A DNA stretch of 64,000 nucleotides from Botryllus schlosseri. Lineage: Eukaryota. Location of the stretch: NCBI GenBank assembly GCA_051294905.1, contig CM119371.1:4528001-4592000 (forward strand), read 5' to 3'. Below the pieces are notes generated by a model. It did not search any database. It saw only the letters and a list, made by a program, of their open reading frames with translations, and had not been told where the DNA came from. Below are positions 51,561-64,000 of this stretch, in pieces (positions within the stretch are counted from its first letter, which is position 1; each line of letters opens with the position of its first letter). The position numbers and the translations under genes were made by a program.

Positions 51561-53780
51561 CTCTACTATAGATGATGATTCGTGATATTCTTGATGCAAT
51601 TTTGTGTGGTTGCGAAATCGACTTTTACAATAAATTTATGCATTAGCAAATGAAATCGCTAAGCTCTGCAACTGATTGTCTTTTCATCAAGGCTGTAACC
51701 AATTTACGAGGTTCCAAGTCTCACTTTTGTAGATATCACTCGAGTCAAGTCGAGTCAGTTTCAATTCGCCACAGAATCAAGTTCGATTCAAAACATACTG
51801 TGTATTATTAGGCGTGTCTTGTCTGTCTGGATATCTCAGGTATTACTCCTCAATTTCGAGTTCCAGTCATTTTTACCAAAACTTTGACTTTGTGAGACGA
51901 ATCCTTCGCATTGCTGATATACTATATTATCTCATTTCTAACCAAATATGGTCAGTGTGAGTCATGTAGTACTGGTTAAATAAAAGTCGGCGTCGCTACT
52001 CGACTCGAGGTAAAAGACACTTGAAGTCCATTATACTGAATTAAAAGTGGAACTAGCGATTTTCATGACATGTCAATACACAAATTACATGGAAATCGTT
52101 TCACGAACACTGGGGTATCATTCTCGAAGTAAAGTTGTATGCTGCGGGAATCAGATTTATGTGAGGAAGATAGTGGTGGTCGGTGCGTTCAAAAATTTGA
52201 GACGAGGAGTTTGACAACCTTGTACGTAATATAACGAGTCTCGAGAATTTCCGTTGAAATATCGCGTTATTCGTTTTGTTACTATTAAATATGATTTTTC
52301 GCGCTCCGCGCGATTTACCCCAGGCTACAGTTATTACTCTTTATATTGCCCGACTCTGATATTTCAGAATCCACTCATCAAAACTTCCATGTCATTAAAC
52401 TATCCGTTGGGATTGCAAGCAATCTGATTGCACTTGTTAAGATCTTGTGACATCAGAAGAGGGCGCGAAATTTTTCACTATCATAAAGGGACGCGTTCCA
52501 AAAAACTTGGAGAACCACGTAATAGAAGAACGTGTATATGGGTTTAAAGAGAGTTAGAAATGTATCATGTTTCACATTGTTTAGAATCATGACGGCAAAT
52601 AGATATATTTTAATTTACCGTTAATTTCTCATTTCCTGAGCAACATTTATTAACAGTGTAATTTATAAATGAAATCAAAAGACGCTGAAGAATAGTTGAA
52701 ATTTTTCACTCGGCCCGTCAACGTATATCCACTTCTCAGTTGGCCCGCGGAGTAAAGTAATTGCCTACCCCTGTTGTAGTAAGTTCGTGCGGTCTAGCAA
52801 CAACATAAACCCTGCAAATATACCAATTGCATTATATACGCAAAAAGCTGCTGCTAAAATACATAAGCAATAAAGATAACGCCTTTCGGCGTCTTACATA
52901 TTCTCAAACAACCATTATTCAGTTTAATATCTGATACTTGGACAATGGACATACAACTCAAATGTAGACGGTTTTTATTTCCTAAACATTCGCTACACTT
53001 TTCCACGGTAGACTGCTTTTCCGGATCGTGAAGTTTGCCTCGTTTCATTTTTCACAGCGATCATGATATCGTTGCCCAAGGCTATAACGAACGCATAGGG
53101 CGTAACATTTCAGACTAAGAACGCTATTACTCTGGTTGACACTATTTCAAGTTGAACAGTACAGTTTTCAGAATGCCGTAGTAATAGGTTGCTCAAATGG
53201 TATGACTGATATAGGCAGACTTCACATTGCGCAGTAATGAATTAACGCCCGAGCAGAATCGAATATAACTAGCGATATCATGCTTTCGTTTCCCAAATAT
53301 TCTGGTAGATCTCTAGAAATAATTGCTGCGAGTTTTAGGATTCACGATATTTATTTTCACGCGCTGTTGGCTGCAGCGCAGACATTTATATCATTAATAT
53401 ATATTTAGGCTTCCGAAGGTATTATGAATGTGCTGTAGTTATGATGAGATACCGCGCTTCTTCATCGTTATTGACAGATAGCTAAGTGACATTAGGGTCT
53501 AGCACAGGAGTGGGCAAACTTTTCAGCTCGCGGGCCGCATTATAATATGATCGTATGATAGTATGATTATATAGTAATCATGGCGACATGGAGATAATAC
53601 ATGGATATGGAATAAAACAATTTAAACCTTGATTTGATGATAACGCACATGTGTTAGCCTTTTTATTAGCTGGTCAGTGGTCATCCTCAATCAATTCGTC
53701 AACATTGGGGATGGAAGTAGGTTTTGCCGATTCTTATGACAAGTTGGAAATTTGAATAAGTGAGAAGTGATCGTGTCATG

Positions 53781-54504
53781 CAGGGGTGGCCAACCTTTTT
53801 AGCCCAAGGGCCACATTTGATTGGCGAACTATTGCGCGGGCCACCAGCCGCGCCAAGCGCGAAAATTTTTCGAAGTTCGTAGGTCAATAATATTGTCACT
53901 TGACTATATTGCGGGCTGGCTGCATATCGCTGGGCTCAGTTTGCAAGGAATAGACTATTCGGCGCCTGGACATATCGATATCGGAAGCTTTGACCAACAT
54001 GCGTCAATCATTTTGGGCCTAGGTTTCATAGTCGACGGTGTTTCTGCAAGCGCAAACGCAAGGTCGCATATGTTGAATGACACTTTGTCTCGTAATCGCG
54101 AATATAGTTACACTCCATCCGATACATTAGGCGTTCTTTCATTTTCACAAAGGGGTAACAATATTAAAAGCAAAAAATCGAATGACAACATGTTGAGCGA
54201 AGCGTGTATTGGATTTTTACTTATGATAAATCTATCGCAAAGTATTCTGCTTTATTGTAGTGTACGAAGATCTACCAAAATGTGAATGGCTCATGGATCT
54301 GCCAATGCGTCGGAACTGATATTTTATTCATCAAATCTCAAGAGTTGCGGCCAGACTAATCAAATTTTTGGTTGGCCTTGCAAGTTTACAATCTGTGCAA
54401 TCCATTTTTGATAATATTACTGATTTCGGAAATTACCTCGCGGGCCACTCAATACTGTCTGGCGGGCCACATGTGGCCCGTGGGCCACGGGTTGGCCGGC
54501 CCTG
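53781..54504. mobile_element. hAT MITE (nest level 2)
   Basis: TIR caggggtggccaacc / ggttggccggccctg; exact TSD GTGTCATG. Confidence 0.9.
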
Positions 54505-54833
54505 GTGTCATGGATATGCTAATTCTGGGTTTGGTTACCGCTTAATAGCATGTTACCTTAAAAAACGTTTTAGTAAAAGCGTTACTGTGGTAAACTTACC
54601 TTCTTCAAGCTCATTTGTTAGGGATGACATCAACATAATTTACTGTTGTCTCAGACATTTCATTAATTCGGTTGATTCATACAGAACAGTGGCCGGGAAC
54701 CTTTTTTGTCCGAAGAGCCATATTGGCCCTATTTTTTCCATCTCAACTCCCAAAGAGCCATACCTGCCAATCAACTGTTACGTCATAATTGAAAATTCTA
54801 CACGTCATGGTAGCGGTAATTCGAACTCACTAC

Positions 54834-55332
54834 CAGAGATGCCACTCCTGGGTTTTTCCACCCACATCTGGGTTTTTTGAGCATCACCTGGGTTTCTGGG
54901 TTTTTATCCTTGAAATCTGGTTTTTTTTCAACATCCAGTTCGCCAGGTCAGTATTACGTTCAAAAATTAATTATTAGATTCGTATGGTCGCAATATCATG
55001 AAATCCACGCACTTCAGTTCGCCATTGTCGATGAATTTTGCTGTTATTGTAACGACAAAGTGTTGAGAATCTATTTCACTACTAAAATAAGAGGCTTCCG
55101 CTTGATGCGATGGAGCTTCATTGAATGGTAACATCCAGGTCGCAGAAAGTCATGTTCATATAGGACGATTGCCAGTAGAGAACTCGGCACTTGGTGAACA
55201 ATTCGGCATGTATCGATAAATATCATGTAACTGTATGCGGTATGCACAAGGACATGAACAGACCAAGTGATGATTCGACTTATATAATCCTATTGTTATC
55301 TGAGTATATTTATAGTTCCAACAGGGACACCC

Positions 55333-55364
<32 letters not shown>

Positions 55365-56075
55365 CACCCAGAGAGAGAGAGAGAGAGAGAGAACGAACAC
55401 CCAGAGAGAGAGAGAGAGAGAGAGAACGAACACCCAGAGAGAGAGAGAGAGAGAACACCCAGAGAGAGAGAGAGAGAACACCCAGAGAGAGAGAGAGAGT
55501 TAGTTAGTTGGACACCCTAGCAAGTTAATCAGAGGCATTGGATATCAGCACATTCGAACCCTAACCCTAACCCTGAATTTCATGATTTGGCAGTTACGGT
55601 ATTTATTTTCACTATACATTGGTCTGTGTTTATTCCAAATAAAAGTGATTGTCGTTGGATTAATCAATCGAAAGCTACTTTCAATCCATCCAGGTCGCTG
55701 AAAATACATGAAATCATCCTTAGAAATAGGGAATGGATGGCATTGCATTGAACTTTCGCAGCGCGATGATATAATTAGTACAGGTACACTATTAAGTATT
55801 CACGGTGCGCCACAATTGTTTCATTGCGATGTGTTGAGAGGAACACAACATGTTTTTGTGCGATTCGCAGTATTAACCAAGCAAAATGTGTATTATGAAC
55901 TGTTGTAAATTCAATATCAAAGGCTTCAATGACTGTATGAGTGTATTCGACGACTATCAGGCTCCACTTTCACAGCTATCTCGTGTCTTTTGAGTGAAAT
56001 ATAGGATCTGGGTTTTTATGGGTTTATTTCGCCTCCACATCTGGGTTTTTCCGAAATATCCCAGTGGCATCTCTG
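54834..56075. mobile_element. hAT-type MITE (nest level 3)
   Basis: TIR cagagatgccact / agtggcatctctg; TSD ctcactac / ctcactat; ctgggtttt subterminal repeats. Confidence 0.85.
55327..55499. repeat. Compound microsatellite: (GA)n runs punctuated by acaccca
   Basis: Six GA tracts, each preceded by acaccca. Confidence 0.95.
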
Positions 56076-57870
56076 CTCACTATACATGGGATTCCTTTGT
56101 GCGTCATATTTTCTCTGTAAAAACGGGTATGCATTGTAAGAAAATAAAGCTCGGAACGAGCGGTAAGGCACAGACGGGCCAAGTCTCACCATTGATAACG
56201 CAATTCATCGTAAGTATCTTAGAATTTAATATAACTGATATCGAATGTAACTGTCACCCTGATTCCGAAAATTTAAATACTTATCGACTTCTCAATTGTT
56301 AAGGTATTCGGCGGTAACATAACGTTGCGTTTCACGCATACATTTTATCGCCGGTACCACAGAGCTTTACTAATCAAGAACGTAGATAGCTATGGCGTTG
56401 TTTGTAATTGTGAATGTCACGTCCACGGCAGTTCATTTCGCGCCGTAGATCAGAAAGACAGTGGGACAAAAGACAAAGACAAAACTGCGTTTTGAAATGG
56501 GCGTCACCATGTCTGCTATCCTCTTTGATTAATCAACGTGTCGCACAATTCAAGATTTCGAGTCGAGTACATAGAATTCGCGAGTGGTATTGACCGCCGG
56601 CGTGACAGTAACCTAAATTTTATGATTTTGAAAAGAGGGGGACTAAGCCCCTAAACATGAAAACGGCATTATTGTTTTTATCTCTCAAAGACATGTTTAT
56701 ACCGTCACGAGAATAATTATTCCAGCCGTGATGAAAATTTACCAACAAGTCGCTGCAATATTGATCAATTAAGTACACAAATAAATATTTGGCAAATAGC
56801 CATATCTTGTACCCAAAAGAGCCATATATGGCTCGCGAGCCATAGGTTCCCGACCACTGATATAGAACCTCATAATTTGGTACATTAGACCTCTAATTAG
56901 GATGTTCGGATTCGGATTAGAACAACGAATTCAATACAATAAGTATTACAGTGACGTGCGGTCCAATGAGGCAGTTGAGGCAGTGCCTCACCTGTCTTCA
57001 GGGTGAGTAAGTGAAAATCGTGAAAACCCTCTATGAGTCGATGATTATCAATATTTTACATCGATGTTCATAAATAACTAAATTTGAACATTTTTTCACC
57101 CAACATTATCAATTTGCATAATTCTTATTGAAAATACAGCGCGAAAGGAGAGTTGGGCACAGGTGAGGCACGTGCGCGTCGTGCCTCACCTGCGACATTG
57201 CAATTCATCATAAATATCTCGTAATTCATAACAAATGGTATCAATCAAATGCTATCGTCACCAGACATGGGGTAATCGCGATTAGTAATCGTAATCGATT
57301 ACGACGATTACAGCATTTTGAAGTAATCGTAATCGCAATCGATTACATTCGAGAAAAATCCGAAGTAATCGTAATCGTAATCGACTACTTCCCATATTTA
57401 TTCGATTTCTTTGTGAAAGAACGATTACTTTTTATTTGTACAAGGACTATGACATAAACTGAACATTATTGAACAATGAACATATATTATACGAGGTTAG
57501 TGATAGCACAAACGTCTGATTTTCAAACGCTACTCCTCATTATTACGTCAGAAGTATTAGCTTTGCTCGTCATTGCGTAAGAAGTATCCACACATAGTAA
57601 ATAGGTATTCGAGGTACATTGTTGTGTGATTGTAATAACACACACCGCTGTGAATATCGGATTATCAATGCACTTTAGACGCCACTACCTCGCAGCAGGA
57701 TAATAATCCCCACTCTGCCTAGTGTCATATATAGTAACTTATGTATTGATGTTTGGTTAATGGTTATTCTTAGTTATACGTAGTTTGACCGTTGCTGCTT
57801 GGCGAACAGCAGGCCTATGTAGCATGTACGTACGTACAACGTACACCATACAAAGATTTGAAATTTTGTA

Positions 57871-58871
57871 TAGGGATGGTGTGAACCTCTGAAAGGTTCA
57901 GGTTCGTGTGAACGCGAACCTTTTTGAAAGGTTCTGTGTGAACGCGAACGTGAACCTCATGACGTCACGCGACGTCATATTGCTAATTCCAACCCTATCT
58001 TTCAATGAAGTGATAGCTTATAATAATGTACACGACACCTAGCGACGACACGGGCCACATAATGCCACAATGCTGAAGTACATACTGGCGTTTCAAACGT
58101 TGCTGAATGTATCAACCGCGGTAGTCAAAGAATATAATAATCCCATAAAATCAATACATTCCGTCGCTTTGTCAACAATTTCGACGAGGACTTACCAGGG
58201 AATATAAGCTTGGGGCTTAACGGTCTAGGCCTCACCGGACAATGCGGTATTCGGCGTCTGAGTATTGCTACATTGACAATAATTAATAATGAGCAGAGTG
58301 TAAAACGGGTTTCTATACTGGCTACCGATACCACAAACAACAACAAGTTATACAGCAGTAGCCAACACCTTAAACGCACGGTTTTGGTTTTAATGGGACA
58401 GTAAAGATATGAAGTCAAAATTGACCCCGTACGCCTGCTAGGTTACACCAGAAAACGATATCAATGTAATTGATTGGTTCAATAAGCATCATTCGCTGAC
58501 TACGTATTTCGCTCGTGATGTTGTGCGATTGTGGGTCAAGCTCACAGCAGAGAGTCACTAAATATTCACGAACGGAAAGCTGGATATTTCGAGAACATTT
58601 TTGTAACAAAGCAAGTAAAACTTTTAAAATTGTCAAGGTGCATGCTCGATTAGTATTGATTTTCTACGCTGCCATTGCCATGCATAGAGTGGCCCGCAGT
58701 TGAAATGCAATAAATTTGAACCAAAGATCTTATAATGAATGGAAAATTGTAATTTACCAAAAAGGTTCACAGTGCAGAACCTACCAAGGTTCTGTTGTGA
58801 ACGTGAACCTCTAAATTCTCGAGGTTCACACACAGAACGCGAACGTGAACCTCACGTTCACACCATCCCTA
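57871..58871. mobile_element. hAT-type MITE (nest level 4)
   Basis: TIR tagggatggtgtgaac / gttcacaccatcccta; flanks aattttgta / aatttttgta; gtgaac repeats. Confidence 0.85.
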
Positions 58872-59277
58872 AATTTTTGTACTCGTCAAATAAAATATTA
58901 CGGTTTCCACAACGAACAAATAAAGATCAACAGCTGCTGACATATATTATAACCGAGACGGTCTTTGCCGTTTCTAGTAACGGTAGCTGGCAGTATCTGT
59001 ATTGAGTTGAAGGTAGAATATTATGTTTCCTTTATCTTATTCTCATATGACTCTACTTGAAACGGGCGCCAATCGATATTTCACACTTATTTACTCAATA
59101 TTCGGACCTGCTGACATAGCCATCCGCTTATTCACAGTGTGCGCGTGGGTTATTGTAGCTAAAATCAGACCAAAACAGCAATTCGTCCCCGACTCCAAAC
59201 GTGAGTCTTGGGCCCCATGGTCATTTTTCTAGTTCAAGACTGAATTTCGTCAATAATATTGGTAATTGCATTGTATT

Positions 59278-59715
59278 TAGGGTTGCAGTTAAAACGAAAG
59301 TCAATTTAAAAAAAAATGATTAAAACAAATACCTTGTTTAAAACATGTTTAATTGTTTTCCTTTAAGCCATGACGTCACGAATATTCTATTTTGATGTCT
59401 TGGTGGATTGACATTGACAATTGAAAATATAGAGTAAATTTAGCTCATGTGACGAAATATATGTACTATTGCTGTTGAACCGACTATTTTGGTGGTTTCA
59501 ACCATCCCATATCGATATACGTTGGCTATATCGGATGGTGATTGTCCGTAGGCCCATACAGCATGTTTTTTTGGAAAGTATTCACACAATTATGGCATAA
59601 TTTCATAACTAAAAAAACACAATATTGTTTTTTAAAGGCCTTGGTTTATAACACTGCTTAAAACATGTTTTAAAGAAAGTGTTTTGGAACACCGTTTGTT
59701 TTAAATGCAACCCTA
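59278..59715. mobile_element. MITE (nest level 4)
   Basis: TIR tagggttgcagttaaaac / gttttaaatgcaacccta; TSD not convincing. Confidence 0.65.
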
Positions 59716-62700
59716 ATCATCATTTTTGATCCTCTCCAGTCCCCGATGGTCAGATTTACTTGTAAATCCGGGGGACGTAATTCATAATCATTACCATCTG
59801 GTATGTTGTTAAATCGTGACCTCCGATCCTTTAAGTAATAAAAAGATGTTGCAGTCGCCCAAACGTATAGCAGACAAAAAAAAAAACCTTCGTGAGACTT
59901 TCACACAAATTGTCATGTCTATATTCGTCTGTGGGTGCCCTCGGTTGGCATTTGCATTGTGGGCTCAGATTGGAAGGACAGCACTATTAGTCACGCCCAC
60001 CCAGCGCGGATATTGACAATGGACAAATACCCTAAGTTTCGGAAAAGTCTTTCTTTAGTAACACACTCCGTGGAGTCGCATATTGGCCCAAACTGCATAT
60101 GTCTTTTGGTGTGTCGTGACGCGGTAATGACCGGCTCCCAAATGCCTATTACGATAAATTATGCATGTTTTTTTCTTGAGGGGGACAGGTATGAATCACA
60201 AAAGTCTAGAAACATTTAAATCGCGAAGCTCGAAAAAAATTTCAAGTTAATTAAATCTCTCGAAAATATTCTATAATTTATGTTGGTTTACGAAGTATTT
60301 TTGATTCCACTTAGAGCTCGCTCCCCACACTATTGGTGATTTTTGGTTGCGGCAGTTACGGACTTAGCTGGCAAGAATGCAAATCGTTGGGTGCGATAAA
60401 TCCTAGATTGTTGGGAAATGACTACATTATGACGTAACAAGCAACTGACGCATCATTTATAAAGAAAGTTGTTAAATCAATAGGCCTTATATTGTCTTCC
60501 AATATATCTCGTAAGCTTAGTTCTTAGAATAAGCAAAATAAATGTAATCGTGAGTAATCATGATTACTTTTCCAATGTAATCGTAATCGTAATCGACTAC
60601 TTCCTGATTTTGCTGTAATCGTAATCGTAATCGCGTGATTCTGAAGTAATCGTAATCGCAATCGATTACATTCATGAAGTAATCACCCCATGTCTGATCG
60701 TCACACTCATTCCAAAAATCTAAATATTAATAGTGTCAGAGCACCAGAACCCCCCCAAAATCGCCAAGGAAGGTGACATTCGGTTTTATTACAAACAATG
60801 CCATCGCAGAGAAACAATAGCCAGGTGAGGCACAAACTAATCTGACTCATGTACTATTCGCTAACAATTGGACAATCGCAACACAGCGAAACTGCCTATG
60901 GATTTCGGAATACAGCAGTCCTGTAGGAATTATATAGTAGCGACCGCCAATACGTAATGCGGAGCAAATTCAGTCCCTTACTTATGTAGCTGTTATGTAC
61001 TTTCCGTTAAATTGTGGCATGTGATAGCTACTTGCATAGGCTACATCGTCGTTTTTGTGGCCTTTATGCTGTGTTTGTGGTATGTGATAGCTATACTTAC
61101 ATAGCCTGCGTTGTCGTTGTTCGCGGTCGGTGGTGCCACTCCTAGTGATTTTACACTAGATGTGGTGTATTTTGACTTGACCTAGTGTCCTAGTGTATTT
61201 TCTTGCGAAATTAGGCAAATCTAGTGTTTTTTACTGAAAAAATATCTGTAAATAAGGATACTATTTTCATGTGCTTCGGATAATTTATACCGATACTTGA
61301 AGAGATAGTAATTAATATCCGTCTAAACTTGCCCATTTAGCACAATAGCGACCAGTCCGACGACTTATATTTTAGAATGTGGAATTGCAGCGGATATCAC
61401 TGCGCAGAGAAAATGCTCCCTATACCCGCTGTTCTTGGTATTCACATATTGGGTCTCTTTATCAGGTACTTTGCGTGGGTGTTTGTGTGTGTGTGTGGGG
61501 GGGGGTCCATGCCTCACCAGTCACGAACCTCACAGCGCGTCAATGAAGTAATTTAGACTGTGTTACCTCAGACGCAGGAACCGATGTAGGCTACCTATCA
61601 GTTGATCCTTTAACCATTACAAAGCATTCATCTTCAACTTTCCGCGTTTCGTATTGATTCAAACAACTGATTATGATTAAAATGAGGCTGAAGTTAGGAA
61701 CAATTTGCACCTAACTGCGCATATAGATGAGAGGACGAATCTAAATAACACGCACAAAATCAGTTTTCCAAGTACAGAACTAAAAGTTGGAATTCTAACC
61801 CGAAATCACAATTGTTATACGAACTAATTCATTTACAATTAGATTTTCCTGGATATTTAGCAAGCGAAATGTTTCGAAATGCAATATTATACGGTTATCA
61901 CTTATTATCATGATGAAATATCTCAAGAAAAAGTTTAAACTAGTCTCTCTAGTGATCAGATTTGAACTGCGCATTATCATTATTTCTATTAAAATATTCA
62001 ATGCCTTGACTGGCTGCACAAGATGTTGTCTCGGGCCGCACGTGGCCCGCGGACCGTAGTTTGCCCACCCCTGGTCTAGCATATTCCAAACTTTGCGCAC
62101 AAATGCAGTGCGTTTGAGAGAGACGGGGACTGAGACTGCAATTTAATATCTTCAGAGGTTTGGGACCAAAATTAAACAGCTTTGAACGAATTCCCCTTGA
62201 GACCCTACTTGTTTTTATATTTTGATATGTGTTTGAGCAATATTGTAATGCTTGACTCATACCAGGTCATTAAGCAAGTTTTCACTCAATTTAACCTTTG
62301 ACCCTACGCCGTAAGGTCTTAAATGTCACTTTGACATATAGACTATCAGACAAGCTACCGAGAAATCCAAGTGACAAATCTCAACTGTCTTCCAACATCA
62401 GCTAAACCTTGATTAATGTATTGATAAAACAAAGTACTGTTCAGACCCGCAATGAGTGGAAAATTGTCAATTTTTAAAATGGCGTAACTTCTGTGATCCT
62501 GTTTGGAATTAGCTCATCGATACAGGTGCTAAATTTCACGAGATTTAAAAAGGTAGTGATGTCGACATCGGAAGTCTAGGTTTGGGTCTTTGGGATTGTC
62601 CTTTGATATCGAGGGCAGCTTTTACGATGGAGTACTGGGATCTGATTAGTGTATTAAATCTAGTGATCCCAGTCGAATATATTCCACGGTAGAAGTCTGT

Positions 62701-63347
62701 GAACTGTGATCAACCTACAGCTTTGTTAAACAGTGCAATGAAATCCTCCACAGCCTGATACTCGATTCAAAATATATGGATATCGTTCCTAAACCTTCGG
62801 ATGGCGCCAAACCTCTCAGTAACCGTGCCAGTTGCCCACTGCCCATGCATGCAGTTATTGAACATTTCGCAGTTGGATAATAGAATGTACTTTTTCGGTA
62901 ATAGTATATTTAACTACCCAGAATGTATATGGATGAAAGTTGGTCTGAAATGTGCACTTCGCTCTAAATATGATGGTGAGTTTTTTTATGTGCTGGAAAA
63001 TTTGGTGAGCTTTAGGGAAACTAAGTCGTAACACACCAACTTTAACCACCACATTAGTCATCTTGGGTCTTTTACTATCATCTGAAACCTATTCTTGTCA
63101 AAATGTAATAAAAAGCAAATGAACAAATGGACAAATGGACAAATGGACAAATGAAGACAGCTATTTGGTAGCCACAGATCATAGTGATGGAGATTTGGTC
63201 AGTTGTGTTAAAGATGAATTTGAATACCATGCAACATGGCGGACCCTTACGCAAACTTGCATTCTGGTCCCAGGATTTTCGTCCAGTCTCATAAACTACA
63301 AAAATCTATCTCATTGCACGTCTGATACATCACGCGGCTGAATAGAA

Positions 63348-63490
63348 AGGTTTTGCGGGTGGCAAATCGGATTTTGCGGGTGAATAGCAGGGTTTTTCGG
63401 GTCACAAAGCGGGTTTTGCGGTTAACTATCAGGGTTTTGCGGGTCACAAAGCGGCTTTCGCGGGGGAATAGCAGGGTTTTGCGGGTGACA
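63348..63490. repeat. Short tandem repeat (about 21-22 bp period, ggttttgcgggt core), probably a TE subterminal array
   Basis: About seven cores with alternating spacers (cacaaagcg / gaatagcag). Confidence 0.7.
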
Positions 63491-64000
63491 AAACTCGCAC
63501 AGTTAGAACCACTCGTATAACGGGCCGCATTTTATCAGCAAAAGACGCTGCGGGCCGCAGAACATTATTATCGTGTATTTGTGGGCTACTATTAAATTTA
63601 GGCTACTATAGACTATTTACCAGTCGTTTGCGGGCATTTTTATGCATTCTAAAGCATTAATGGACAACGTTCGTAAGTCTGCAGTTGCTGTATTTTGTGA
63701 GAATATGTATCTTCCAGTGGCGCAAGTCAATCCCTTCATGGAGGGTGTATTGCATTCGTTGCCAAGTCCTACATTCAAACCCTTCCAGCAGAGAACCGAA
63801 CTCTCTGTTTCGATGCGTGAGCGCGCAAATATAAAATTACGGTCGCTTTTTCGTTACGCAGGCCATGCATTATCACTTTGAGCTCTCTGTTGTTGTTTAC
63901 GAAACAAAAAGATGTGCCGCTTATCGCCTAGCGGCCATTTGCAACAGTGATCGGGCTCATTTCTGAGCAAACCAAGCAACTCTCCTCCTTTTCTTCCATG

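Larger units (their letters stand above)
54687..56859. mobile_element. hAT MITE (nest level 2)
   Basis: TIR cagtggccgggaacct / aggttcccgaccactg; TSD atacagaa / atatagaa. Confidence 0.85.
57262..60696. mobile_element. hAT-type MITE (nest level 3)
   Basis: TIR cagacatggggt / accccatgtctg; exact TSD ATCGTCAC; gtaatc repeat arrays at both ends. Confidence 0.9.
56949..61545. mobile_element. hAT-like element (nest level 2)
   Basis: TIR cagtgacgtgcggt / acagcgcgtcaatg; subterminal tgaggca and tgcctca at both ends; TSD aagtatta / aagtaatt. Confidence 0.7.
53505..62073. mobile_element. hAT (Buster-type) MITE, outer shell of a TE nest
   Basis: TIR caggagtgggcaaact / agtttgcccacccctg; exact TSD GTCTAGCA. 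Confidence 0.85.

Noticed and set aside
53821..54880. 154-aa and 170-aa ORFs
   Set aside because: Non-ATG starts, located within or across MITE boundaries, and no recognisable domain
55156..55520. ER-rich and SL-rich ORFs
   Set aside because: Translations of the GA microsatellite
55556..55574. Telomere-like ccctaa repeats
   Set aside because: Only 2-3 units, inside a MITE; no evidence of a telomere or fusion site
62330..63340. Possible decayed reverse-transcriptase or other coding sequence
   Set aside because: No recognisable catalytic motifs; the short ORFs are not convincing
63348..63490. Repeat-spacer pattern resembling a CRISPR array
   Set aside because: Cores are about 12 bp, the spacers are about 9 bp and themselves repeated, there are no cas genes, and the context is eukaryotic

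Overview
AT-rich animal genomic DNA with spliceosomal introns, probably from an invertebrate (the species cannot be identified from the sequence). The window has three parts. (1) About 0.3-22 kb: deeply nested non-autonomous DNA transposons (hAT-type with 8-bp TSDs, Tc2-like with TA TSDs, one tRNA-SINE) around two intronless tandem C2H2 zinc-finger arrays. One is an intact 18-finger ORF at 8084-9601, which appears to lie inside a split MITE and a Charlie/Buster-like element. The other is a partly decayed array at about 20.16-22.06 kb. (2) About 22.9-51.6 kb: a single-orientation, exon-scrambled polo-like kinase (PLK1-like) pseudogene array. It has about 29 exon pieces; the kinase-domain exons occur 2-7 times and the linker and polo-box exons occur once. 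(3) About 53.5-62.1 kb: a four-level nest of hAT MITEs, mostly delimited by readable TIRs and TSDs. Most short ORFs in the supplied track are artefacts. All alignments were done by eye, so boundaries without a TSD or splice site are approximate.
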